DNA of 64,000 bases. Origin: Candidatus Latescibacterota bacterium (GTDB taxonomy: Bacteria > Latescibacterota > UBA2968 > UBA8231). The stretch is from NCBI GenBank assembly GCA_965208105.1, contig OZ242318.1, positions 1 through 64,000 of the forward strand, read 5' to 3'. A program made the position numbers and the translations under genes. Below the pieces are notes generated by a model, which saw only the letters and a list, made by a program, of their open reading frames with translations, was not told the DNA's origin and ran no database searches. Of the stretch, positions 48,665-57,809 are shown piece after piece; position 1 is the first letter of the stretch; every line of letters begins with the position of its first letter.

Positions 48665-49111
48665 TTGGATTACAAAATTCTGGTCCTGCACGGGCCCAAC
48701 CTCAATCTCCTGGGCACGCGCGAGCCCGGGATTTACGGTCGCGAAACCCTGCAAGACGTCAATCGCATGATCGAAGCCGAAGCCAGGAAGGCCGGGGCGG
48801 AGCTGCGCATTGTGCAATCCAACTGCGAAGGGGAACTCATCGGCGCCATTCACGAGGCTCTCGAATGGGGGGACGCCCTGATCGTGAATCCCGGAGCACT
48901 GACCCACTACAGCATCGCCCTCTACGACGCGGTGAGAGCCGCGGCCCTGCCTGCGGTCGAGGTCCATCTATCCAACATCCACGGCCGCGAAGAATTCCGC
49001 CAACGCTCGGTGATAGCCCCGGCATGCCTGGGCCAGGTGGCGGGTTTCGGCGCCTTCAGCTATATCCTGGGACTGCGAGCGGCGATCCACCACCTGGAGA
49101 AGGCGAATTGA
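48665..49111 (+). CDS. aroQ: Type II 3-dehydroquinate dehydratase
   Basis: GPNLNLLGTREP.IYG, NPGA.THYS and EVHLSNI motifs. Confidence 0.96.
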   Translation: MDYKILVLHGPNLNLLGTREPGIYGRETLQDVNRMIEAEARKAGAELRIVQSNCEGELIGAIHEALEWGDALIVNPGALTHYSIALYDAVRAAALPAVEVHLSNIHGREEFRQRSVIAPACLGQVAGFGAFSYILGLRAAIHHLEKAN

Positions 49112-50448
49112 CCACAGGTCCCTTCTTGTTGCTGGCCGCATGTTCGGTCGCTTTGATCCGCGTCTCCTGGGCAGGACCTGCGCTTACCATCGATCGTTTC
49201 CAGGTCAACGTCCGCTCGGACGCCACCGCCCAGTCGAAGCGCGTTGCGGTGCTGCGCCTGGGTGAAGAGGTGGAGCAGATCGGAATCAATGGCGAGTGGA
49301 TTCGCATTCGCATGGCTGATGGCAAGGAGGGGTGGGTCCATTCCGATCTGGTGCAGCTGCCTCTCATAGTTCAGGGGCGGGGGGTGCGCATTCGCGAGGC
49401 CGGATCGACTTCCTCGGCGGTGCTGGCGACTGTGTCCAAGGGAATGGTGCTGTTGAGGATTGGGGAGAAGGAGGGTTGGTACGAGGTCGCCCTGGCGGAC
49501 GGAAGGAGGGGATGGGTATGGAGCAACCTGGTTCTCCCCAAGGAAATATCCCTTCTTCCCACATCGCCTGCGCCGTCCACGCTTCAGGGCGGCGATGGAA
49601 AAACTGCAGCCGAATTGTCCGCTCTGTATGTCGATGGTCTTCGGCTGGAAAAAGCCGGGGATTACAATTCTGCCCTGGATTTCTTCGAGGGGGTCCTGCG
49701 CGAGGATCCTGACCACAGGGGAGCGCTGTTACATTCAGCGCAGGCTCACAGACAACTGCGAGAATATGATGAAGCGTTGAAGGACCTCTATGCGGCTCAA
49801 AGGATCAGCCCCGGGCGCCGCGACATCATGCTCGAACTGGGTGAAATCTACCGCCTCAGGGGACAGGTGGATAGTACCCGGAAGTACCAGGCCCTTTTCA
49901 GAGGCCGGAAAGAGAAGCCCGGTCCTGGGATGGAGCCCGCCAATCTGGAGATGGAGACCGGAGAAGAATGGCCCCTCCCGGATGAGGCCCGGATATACAT
50001 GGCAGTTGCGGCCTCCCTGATTGCCATGGGCCTGCTGGCCTGGAGGGCGGGCTTTCCGAGGACCGTATTCGCTGAAACGAGGGAACCGAAGCCCGCGGCC
50101 GCGGCGGGTGGAGCTGGAGAAGGACCGGCGAGAACGGGGGAAGGCAGGCCTGCACAAGCGGGAAGCGCTGGACCGGTCGAAGCGGCAGGACTGGACCGGC
50201 AAATCGAGGAGAAATGGAGGGAGCTGCGCCGGAATTCGGAGGTGGTCGACCGGGCCGGGCCGGCTGTCGGCAAGGGATTGGAGTGGAACACCGTGGAAGG
50301 CCTGCGCGACCATCTCGACGCCCTGGGAAAGGCCCTGCAGATGGAAGAGGAGCGCTCCAGGATCTACGCCGAAATCGCCCGCTTGCAGGAGATGAAAATC
50401 GAGGTGATGAACAGCGAGCTTCGTCGTGGCAATCCCAGGGGGCAATGA
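49108..50448 (+). CDS. Exported SH3b-domain/TPR protein with TM anchor and cytoplasmic coiled coil
   Basis: Signal peptide; two VNVR/VRIR...W..V...G..GWV repeats; TPR-like helices; hydrophobic YMAVAASLIAMGLLAW segment. TTG start overlaps the aroQ stop. Confidence 0.75.
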   Translation: MTTGPFLLLAACSVALIRVSWAGPALTIDRFQVNVRSDATAQSKRVAVLRLGEEVEQIGINGEWIRIRMADGKEGWVHSDLVQLPLIVQGRGVRIREAGSTSSAVLATVSKGMVLLRIGEKEGWYEVALADGRRGWVWSNLVLPKEISLLPTSPAPSTLQGGDGKTAAELSALYVDGLRLEKAGDYNSALDFFEGVLREDPDHRGALLHSAQAHRQLREYDEALKDLYAAQRISPGRRDIMLELGEIYRLRGQVDSTRKYQALFRGRKEKPGPGMEPANLEMETGEEWPLPDEARIYMAVAASLIAMGLLAWRAGFPRTVFAETREPKPAAAAGGAGEGPARTGEGRPAQAGSAGPVEAAGLDRQIEEKWRELRRNSEVVDRAGPAVGKGLEWNTVEGLRDHLDALGKALQMEEERSRIYAEIARLQEMKIEVMNSELRRGNPRGQ

Positions 50449-50528
50449 GGTGAATTCGGCCGGTCCGTCAATTTCGGAGCCGAGGATTGTGAGCCGTTCG
50501 CAACCGCCGGGAGTCGAGACCTAGGGCC

Positions 50529-51848
50529 ATGGGTGCAGGGAGGTGGACCGCCGAGCGCCTGCGGCAGATGACTCTGGCTCAAATCGGGGAGTTGGCGGAT
50601 GGCCTGTCTTCCGAGACCAGTGAGGTCCTGGCTTTGCTGGAAAGGGACTCCCGGGTCGGCGCGCGCCGCCTGGCATACAAGGGAAGGCGCCGTCTGGCGC
50701 TTCGGGAGGAAGAGAAAGACCGCATTGACCGGCTGACCAGGTTGGAGCGCAGGTTCTGGGAGGGAGGTAAAGAGCCGGTCGCCGGAGTGGACGAGGTGGG
50801 GAGAGGCTGTTTGGCCGGTCCGGTGGTTGCAGCTGCGGTAGTCCTGCCTCCCAATGTCGGGATCCTTGCGCTGGACGACTCCAAGAAGCTCAGGCCCGAA
50901 AAGCGGGAGGAGTTGCAGCGGGAGATCCTCGAGAAGGCTGCTTCGGTGGGTCTCGGGCAGGTTGAAGCCGAGGAGATCGACAGGGACAATATCCTCCAGG
51001 CTTCTCTGAAGGCCATGCGTCTTGCACTTGCGGACCTGCGGGTGGATCCACAGCAGGTTCTGGTCGACGGCCACAGGACACCCGAGAGTCCATTCCCCGA
51101 GATGGCCGTCGTCGATGGAGATGCGCGTTCCCAATCCATAGCGGCCGCTTCGGTGGTGGCCAAGGTGTATCGGGACCGGCTTATGGTGGAGCGCGGTCGC
51201 CAGTATCCTCAGTACGGTTTCTCCCGCCACAAAGGCTACGGCACCCGGCAGCACCTCCTTGCCTTGCAGCAGCATGGCCCCTGTCCCCTGCACCGCCTCT
51301 CCTTTCAACCCGTGGCCAGGCTGTTGGACAAGGGGCGCTCCTCCCGGTTCGAGGTTTTCAAGAAAAGCCTCGACGGCAGTGACAGCCTCCTCGAGTTGGA
51401 GCGATCAGGCCGCCGAATCAGAAGGGAGCGCCACAGGCTTGGCGGGCGGGAGTTGCAGGAGTTGCGCCGCGCCTACAAAGCTCGTCTGCGGGAACTGGAT
51501 GATATCGGGAAGCGGGGGGAGAGAGTTGCCGCCGACTATCTCAGGGAGAGGGGATACGCCGTCCTGGAGCAGGGCTACCGGGGCAGCGGCGCGGAGATCG
51601 ACCTGATCGCGCAGGGGGAAGACTGCCTGGTTTTCGTCGAAGTGAAGAGCAGCCGGGATGGGTGTTGGGGTTATCCCGAGGAGCGGGTGACGAAAACCAA
51701 GCGCAGGCACCTGATCCGGGCCGCCAGGCACTATTTGATGGTGAATCTTCCTCGGGCGGGGGGGATCCGGTTCGACATCCTCGCCGTGGTCTGGGGGAAC
51801 GGCGAGCCCGAAATAACCCACCTGGAGAACGTAATTCAGGCGGAGTAG
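50529..51848 (+). CDS. rnhB: Ribonuclease HII fused to a YraN (UPF0102) nuclease domain
   Basis: GVDEVGRG.LAGPV, DSKKL, IAAAS.VAKV.RD and HKGYGT, then G..GE..AA.YL, EIDLIA, VFVEVK and RFD in one uninterrupted ORF. Confidence 0.93.
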   Translation: MGAGRWTAERLRQMTLAQIGELADGLSSETSEVLALLERDSRVGARRLAYKGRRRLALREEEKDRIDRLTRLERRFWEGGKEPVAGVDEVGRGCLAGPVVAAAVVLPPNVGILALDDSKKLRPEKREELQREILEKAASVGLGQVEAEEIDRDNILQASLKAMRLALADLRVDPQQVLVDGHRTPESPFPEMAVVDGDARSQSIAAASVVAKVYRDRLMVERGRQYPQYGFSRHKGYGTRQHLLALQQHGPCPLHRLSFQPVARLLDKGRSSRFEVFKKSLDGSDSLLELERSGRRIRRERHRLGGRELQELRRAYKARLRELDDIGKRGERVAADYLRERGYAVLEQGYRGSGAEIDLIAQGEDCLVFVEVKSSRDGCWGYPEERVTKTKRRHLIRAARHYLMVNLPRAGGIRFDILAVVWGNGEPEITHLENVIQAE

Positions 51849-53125
51849 ACCACCTCGCCCCCGATTATGGTGGCCGCCGCCTTTCCCTTGAGCTCATAGC
51901 CGTCGAAAGGCGTGTTCCTCGACTTGGACTGAAAGCGGCTGGCCTCTACCTTCCAGGTGAGGCCAAGGTCGATGAGGGTGAGGTCGCCGGGATCCCCAGG
52001 AGCCAGGCGTCCCCCGGCGAGGCGGAGGATGCGGGCAGGAGCGCAGGTCCATTTGGCAATGGCGCTTGGCAGATCGAGAATCCCCGGTTCGACCAGGTAG
52101 GTGAGGGTCAGTCCGAGGGCGGTTTCCAAACCGACGACGCCAAATGGCGCTTCCTGGAGCGGAAGCTGCTTCTCCTCCAGACTGTGGGGGGCGTGGTCCG
52201 TGGAAATAAGGTCGATGCTGCCATCCTTCAGGCCGTCGAGCATGGCCTCCACGTCGGCTGCCGTTCTCAGTGGAGGACTCATCTTGGCCATGGCCCCCTG
52301 GGTGGCTACCTCGGCATCGGTGAGTGTGAAATGGTGGGGAAGGACCTCGCAGGTTACGGGGAGGCCCTCCGACTTTGCCCGGCGCACGAGCTCTACCGAG
52401 CCTGAGGTGCTTACGTGGGCAATGTGGAGGGGGCCTCCGGTCTGGCGTACGAGATCGATGTCGCGGGCGATCATTTCTTCTTCTCCTGCAGGCGGCATTC
52501 CCTTGACACCGAGTCGTGCAGAGACCTCCCCCTCGTGCATGCAACCTCCTGCTGTGAGGCGTTTCACCTCTTCGTGGGGGAAGACTGGGCGATTGAGCCG
52601 GCGCCCCAGGATCAGGGCCTGGCGCATGAGCTCGGCATCTTCAAGAGGGTCGCCGTCGTCAGAGAAGGCCACAGCTCCTTTTTTTGCCAGGTTCTCCAGT
52701 GGAGCCAACTCGCGTCCAGCCCGGTCTGCGCTGATACAGGCAATGGGATAGAAGCGCACCGCGGCGGACCGTGCCCTTTGAAGCAATCCTTCGAGACGAT
52801 GTACGCTGTCAGGCGGTGGATTTGTATTGGGCATGGCCGCCACCGCGCAAAAACCCCCCGCAGCGGCCGCGCGAGTTCCGCTTGCAATGGTTTCCTTGTA
52901 CTCGAATCCGGGCTCCCTCAGATGCGCGTGCCCATCGATGAATCCAGGAGCCACCACGAGCCCTTCTGCATCGAAGACCGGAGTTTTATCGGGTGGGGAC
53001 AAGCCATTTCCCACGGCTTTCACCATCCCTGCCTCGACGTGGACATCGGCAACTTCGTCCAAGCCATTTGCAGGGTCGATCAAGCGTCCTCCGCGGACGA
53101 GCAGGTCGCTTTGGAATGACGGCAT
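51836..53125 (-). CDS. pyrC: Dihydroorotase
   Basis: PGFID.H.HLREPG, MPNT.P, K.SPPLR, TDHAPH and SKS.NTPF motifs. Alternative TTG start at 53146. Confidence 0.93.
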   Translation of the reverse strand: MPSFQSDLLVRGGRLIDPANGLDEVADVHVEAGMVKAVGNGLSPPDKTPVFDAEGLVVAPGFIDGHAHLREPGFEYKETIASGTRAAAAGGFCAVAAMPNTNPPPDSVHRLEGLLQRARSAAVRFYPIACISADRAGRELAPLENLAKKGAVAFSDDGDPLEDAELMRQALILGRRLNRPVFPHEEVKRLTAGGCMHEGEVSARLGVKGMPPAGEEEMIARDIDLVRQTGGPLHIAHVSTSGSVELVRRAKSEGLPVTCEVLPHHFTLTDAEVATQGAMAKMSPPLRTAADVEAMLDGLKDGSIDLISTDHAPHSLEEKQLPLQEAPFGVVGLETALGLTLTYLVEPGILDLPSAIAKWTCAPARILRLAGGRLAPGDPGDLTLIDLGLTWKVEASRFQSKSRNTPFDGYELKGKAAATIIGGEVVYSA

Positions 53126-53142
53126 GTTGGTCTTCCCCGGAT

Positions 53143-54864
53143 TCAAGGTGGCGGGACAAAATTTGCGGAAATGAAATCGGCGACTTCTCTAAGGGTAATC
53201 AAGTTGGAGGGAACCGGGACATTCCTGGCTGCCAGGGCCAGTGTCAATTGGACCGGGGCCGGGGCTTCCAGGCCGCTGATGGCAGGAAAATCCGGGTCTG
53301 AAAGGAGGTCGCGGGTTGCCCCCGAGGCCTGGACTTCACCGTGTTCGAGGACCAGAACGTGGGTGGACAATTCCGCAACCAGATCGATGTTGTGCGTGAT
53401 CAGAACCAGGGTCTTACCCTGCTCCTTCAGTTTCAGAAAAACCTCGCACAATTTTCCCACGGTCCGACCATCGAGGCCGGCTGTCGGTTCGTCCAGGACG
53501 AGGACATCCGGGGCCATGGCCAGAATTCCGGCCAGGGCAACCCGGCGTTTCTCCCCGCCGCTCAAGGTCATGGGGGAGCGCTGGCCGAAGTGCTCTCTCG
53601 GGAGGTCGACCACTTGCAGTGACCGGTTGACGGACTCTTCGATCATCTTCTCCGGAAATCCCAGGTTCCTGGGCCCGAAGGCCACGTCCAGAGCCACGGT
53701 TTCCTCGAAAAGTTGGAGTTCCGGGAACTGGAAGACCAGGCCCACCTGCTGGCGTATCCGGGTGGAATCGCAGTCCCCGTCCCAGATATCCCCGCCGTCG
53801 AGCAGAACGCGTCCCCCATGGGGCTTGAGCAAAGCATTGAAGTGCTGGGCCAGGGTTGTTTTACCCGCGCCGCTCCGACCGATCAATGCGACGATGCACC
53901 CGCTGGGGAATTCGGCGTTTATGGCCCTGATGGCCGTGCGTTCGGTGGGGAGGCCCCTGTCGTAGATGTGGGTGAGAGATTCAGCGGCGAGTTTAATGGA
54001 ACCATTTTGAGGAGTCGCCTTGTTCTTCCTTGTGGTGGGCGCGGCCGCGAGTACTGGAACCAGGGCCGATGCCAGGCTGTCCATGTCGAGGTGAACTCCC
54101 AGTGGGTACTTGGTACGAGCACAGAAATTGGCCGCAAGGGCACTGGCAAAGGGGATGTCGAGACCCATCTCCTGCAGCTCCGCTGCGTGACGGTATACCT
54201 CGTCAGGCGTGCCGTCGTGAAGCAGTCTTCCCTGGTGCATGACGATGACGCGGTCCGCGGTGGCAGCTTCAGAAGGTGATTGGGTGATGTGAATGGTGGT
54301 AATCCCGAACTGGTCCCTCAACCGGCGCAGCAGGGCGCGAATCTCGCTGCGAGCCTTGGGATCGAGCAGGGCTGTAGGCTCGTCCAGCACGAGGTAGCGG
54401 GGATGCAGTGCAACGGCAGCTGCAATGGCGACGCGCTGCTTCTCTCCGCCGGAAAGGCGATGGGGGGGATGGCGGCGATGGGATTCGAGGTGGAATTCCT
54501 TCAGTATCTCATCGATGCGCCGCTGAATTTGTTCCGTGGGGACGGATAGGTTCTCAAGCCCGAAGGCGATCTCCGCCTCGACGGTGGTCGACACCAACTG
54601 GTCGTCCGGATTCTGAAAGACCATGCCGATGCGCTTGCGAATCTCGAAGAGGGCGTCCGGATCCCGGGTGCAGAGATCGTCCACGAGGACCTGGCCCTTC
54701 CGGGGCAGGTGCAGGCCGTTGAGGCAGCGGGCCAACGTGGTCTTTCCGCAGCCATTGGCGCCGATAATTGCCGCCCAGGTTCCGGTTGGTATATCCAGGT
54801 TGATTTCCTGCAGAACCGGGGCATTTCCAGGGTAGGCGAAGTTTAGATTTTGAACCCGAATCAT
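53143..54864 (-). CDS. Fused ECF-transporter ATPase (EcfA1-EcfA2)
   Basis: Two ABC cassettes: GANGCGKTT/FQNPDDQ/LSGGEKQR and GRSGAGKTT/FQFPE.QLFEETV/LSGGEKRR. Confidence 0.9.
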   Translation of the reverse strand: MIRVQNLNFAYPGNAPVLQEINLDIPTGTWAAIIGANGCGKTTLARCLNGLHLPRKGQVLVDDLCTRDPDALFEIRKRIGMVFQNPDDQLVSTTVEAEIAFGLENLSVPTEQIQRRIDEILKEFHLESHRRHPPHRLSGGEKQRVAIAAAVALHPRYLVLDEPTALLDPKARSEIRALLRRLRDQFGITTIHITQSPSEAATADRVIVMHQGRLLHDGTPDEVYRHAAELQEMGLDIPFASALAANFCARTKYPLGVHLDMDSLASALVPVLAAAPTTRKNKATPQNGSIKLAAESLTHIYDRGLPTERTAIRAINAEFPSGCIVALIGRSGAGKTTLAQHFNALLKPHGGRVLLDGGDIWDGDCDSTRIRQQVGLVFQFPELQLFEETVALDVAFGPRNLGFPEKMIEESVNRSLQVVDLPREHFGQRSPMTLSGGEKRRVALAGILAMAPDVLVLDEPTAGLDGRTVGKLCEVFLKLKEQGKTLVLITHNIDLVAELSTHVLVLEHGEVQASGATRDLLSDPDFPAISGLEAPAPVQLTLALAARNVPVPSNLITLREVADFISANFVPPP

Positions 54865-55001
54865 GGAGCAAAGCCCGCGGTCTAGGATAGGGTATAGGCG
54901 ACCGGTGGTCAAGTAAGGCACCCCGATTGACAGCATGGAGTTCGAGGCGTTTATTTGAGACCTCCGACAGAGGCTGAAGGTCCAAAACAGCGAGGCATCG
55001 C

Positions 55002-55856
55002 ATGATGAAATTGTACAGCTGCTCACTCGTCCTTGCGCTGACGGTTGCGCTGTGGAGTTGCGGCGACGAAGACGGCGATGGTCCCAAGATTCTGGGGCCG
55101 GATGTTCCCCAGGCGGCGCTTGGTGAGGAGGAGATCTTTACTGTCAAGCAGGTATCGTTCACCTCTGTAGACAGCGTGGAGGTCAGTGCTCTTTTCGGCG
55201 TGGTGGACGGCGATGAAGCGCGTCCGGCGGTCATTCTGGTGCACGAAGTGCAGGGGAGCAAAGAGGAATGGTTGCGCGCTACCCCTCTCTTTTCGGATCT
55301 CCTGAAGCGGGGATACAATGTCCTGGCAATCGATCTGCGGGGACACGGCGCGACATTGCTTCCCGAGGATAGCCAGCCTCTCTCCTGGGATGACGTGGAA
55401 GAGAGTTTTCTCGACGTCGGGGCCGCCCTGACCTGGCTTCGGAGCCAGGTTGCGACTGTGGACGCCACCAGGATCGCGGTAGTGGGCACCGGCGTGGGCG
55501 GCAATGTTGCCTACGTGAGTATGGGTGCCTTTCCCCTCCAGATCAAAGCCGCAGTCTGCCTGTCTCCGGGGGCCTGGGCGGGCTCGGACCCAATTGTTCC
55601 AATCGTAATCGGGGAAGGGCTGACCAATTTCAGGCCCCACACCATTCTCTTCATGGTGGGTGAAAATGACGTTTTCACAATCACCAACGAGGTCGAGTTG
55701 AGTTTTCTCGATTTCGCGGTTTTTTTGTTCCGCCAGACCGCCGACCCCAGCGAGGTGCTCGTCCTGCCCGACTCGGCGGACCACGGCCTGGATATACTCA
55801 ACAACAATCCAAGAGCTTATGAATTCTTCTTCTCCTGGTTAGAAGGCCAATTGTAA
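55002..55856 (+). CDS. Alpha/beta-hydrolase-fold lipoprotein
   Basis: Lipobox LWSC; VILVH, GYNVLAIDLRGHG, LSPG and DHG motifs. Confidence 0.8.
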   Translation: MMKLYSCSLVLALTVALWSCGDEDGDGPKILGPDVPQAALGEEEIFTVKQVSFTSVDSVEVSALFGVVDGDEARPAVILVHEVQGSKEEWLRATPLFSDLLKRGYNVLAIDLRGHGATLLPEDSQPLSWDDVEESFLDVGAALTWLRSQVATVDATRIAVVGTGVGGNVAYVSMGAFPLQIKAAVCLSPGAWAGSDPIVPIVIGEGLTNFRPHTILFMVGENDVFTITNEVELSFLDFAVFLFRQTADPSEVLVLPDSADHGLDILNNNPRAYEFFFSWLEGQL

Positions 55857-55897
55857 GGCCCGCTCGGCGGTAGCAGGTCTCACCTCGAGCTCTCTCG

Positions 55898-56608
55898 ATG
55901 GTTCCCCCTCCCGAAATTGCCGTCGTCATCCCTGCACACAACGAAGAAGCTGCCATAGGCAAGGTTCTGGCTGCTATCCCCGGATGCCTGGTCGGGCAGG
56001 TCATCGTAGTGGACAACGGTTCGACCGACGCCACTGCCGCCCGGGCCCGCAGCATGGGAGCCACGGTAGTCCGTGAAGAGCGCCGTGGGTATGGCAGGGC
56101 TTGCCTGGCTGGAATTGCTGCCCTCGGAAGCCCTGACATAGTGGTTTTTCTCGACGGCGACTTCAGCGATTATCCGGAGGAAATGCCCGCCCTGATCGCA
56201 CCCCTTCTGGAAAGCAATGCCGACCTCGTAATTGGCTCGCGGACACTTGGAAAACGCCAGAGAGGGGCGATTTTGCCACAGGCTCGGTTGGGAAATGTCC
56301 TGGCTACCCGGTTGATCCGCCGCTTTTTCGGGGTGGCCTATACGGACCTGGGTCCATTCCGGGCAATTCGCTTCGACGCCCTCAATCGCCTCAGCATGGA
56401 AGATTGCGATTTCGGCTGGACGGTTGAGATGCAAGTGAAGGCGGCGCGAATGGGCATGAGGGTTGCCGAGGTTCCGGTGCGCTACCGCCGCCGCATCGGC
56501 GACTCCAAGATCAGCGGCACGATCAGAGGCAGCCTTGGTGCTGGCTGCAAGATTCTCCTGACCATCTTCCGCCACGCTCGCAGCAGGGATAAGTTGAAGA
56601 AAGTTTGA
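55898..56608 (+). CDS. Glycosyltransferase family 2
   Basis: IPAHNEE, VDNGSTD, GYG.AC, FLDGD, TDLGPFRAI and GWTVEMQ motifs. Confidence 0.92.
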   Translation: MVPPPEIAVVIPAHNEEAAIGKVLAAIPGCLVGQVIVVDNGSTDATAARARSMGATVVREERRGYGRACLAGIAALGSPDIVVFLDGDFSDYPEEMPALIAPLLESNADLVIGSRTLGKRQRGAILPQARLGNVLATRLIRRFFGVAYTDLGPFRAIRFDALNRLSMEDCDFGWTVEMQVKAARMGMRVAEVPVRYRRRIGDSKISGTIRGSLGAGCKILLTIFRHARSRDKLKKV

Positions 56609-56774
56609 CCGGGGCACCGCAAGGAGGCAAAGTCTGTTGCAGCCTTTGGCCGCCTCCTTACGCGAAACATTCCCACACCTCTGGAGGTCATGCTGCCGGA
56701 AAGACCCTCCCGGCTTCCTCCGGCCATTCGATATTGACGGATTCTGCGGCGGCAAATATGTTTCCCCAACCCCC

Positions 56775-57803
56775 ATGCGACTAGCAGATTTCGACTTCGA
56801 CCTACCCCCCGATCTGATTGCCCAATACCCCCTGGGCCGACGCGATCAATCCCGTCTCCTGGTTCTGGACAGATCGGATTCCTCGATCCAACACCTCAGG
56901 TTCAATGATGTCCGCAGATTCCTGAAGCCGGAGGATGCCCTCGTAGTGAACCGGACCCGGGTGGTACATGCCCGCCTGAGAGGCCGCAAGGCGGAGACTG
57001 GCGCAGAGATCGAGTTGCTGATGATCCGAGAGCAGGAGGGAGGGCGCTGGTTGGCCCTGGGTCGTCCAGGTCGGCGCCTGTCTCCGAACACGGTCGTTGA
57101 ATTTGCCGGGGGTAGATTCCGGGGTAAAATCGTCGACAAGGTCGAAGGCGGCCGCCTTCTGGTCTCATTCGGGGTGGGAGACGCCGGCAGGGTGATCGAG
57201 GAGGCGGGAGAGGTCCCCCTTCCCCCCTATATCCGCCGAAGGCCGAATGCGGAGGACGCGGTCCGCTACCAGACGGTGTTCGCCCGCGACCATGGAGCAA
57301 TAGCTGCTCCAACAGCCGGGCTGCACTTCACCTCCGACCTTCTTGGCTCGATCGAGGCCGGCGGCACTGCCGTGGCGTCAATTCTTCTCCATGTGGGTCC
57401 GGGAACCTTCGAGCCCATTCGCAGCGAGGAACTGGGACAGAACAGCCTCGAGCCCGAGTACTACGAGGTGGACAGGGGCACCGCTGCCGAGCTGTGCAAA
57501 CGCCGACGCATGGGAGGCCGGCTCGTGGCGGTAGGGACGACGGTAGTCCGTACCCTTGAGACCGTGGTCGGCCAGAATGGGGAGATCCGATCGGGCCGCG
57601 GCTGGTCGGGGAAGTTCATCTTCCCCCCATACGAGTTCAAGGCCATAGATGCTCTGCTGACCAACTTTCACCTGCCGAGATCCAGCCTGCTCCTGCTGAT
57701 TGCCGCCTTCGCCGGCCGCGGGCTCGTTATCGAAGCCTACCGCGCTGCAGTGGCGGAGAGGTATCGCTTCTACAGTTACGGCGATGCCATGCTCATACTC
57801 TGA
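56775..57803 (+). CDS. queA: S-adenosylmethionine:tRNA ribosyltransferase-isomerase
   Basis: LIAQ.P, PLPPYI, AAPTAGLHF, LHVG.GTF, TNFHLP and YRFYSYGDAM motifs. Confidence 0.97.
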   Translation: MRLADFDFDLPPDLIAQYPLGRRDQSRLLVLDRSDSSIQHLRFNDVRRFLKPEDALVVNRTRVVHARLRGRKAETGAEIELLMIREQEGGRWLALGRPGRRLSPNTVVEFAGGRFRGKIVDKVEGGRLLVSFGVGDAGRVIEEAGEVPLPPYIRRRPNAEDAVRYQTVFARDHGAIAAPTAGLHFTSDLLGSIEAGGTAVASILLHVGPGTFEPIRSEELGQNSLEPEYYEVDRGTAAELCKRRRMGGRLVAVGTTVVRTLETVVGQNGEIRSGRGWSGKFIFPPYEFKAIDALLTNFHLPRSSLLLLIAAFAGRGLVIEAYRAAVAERYRFYSYGDAMLIL

Positions 57804-57809
57804 AGGGCC

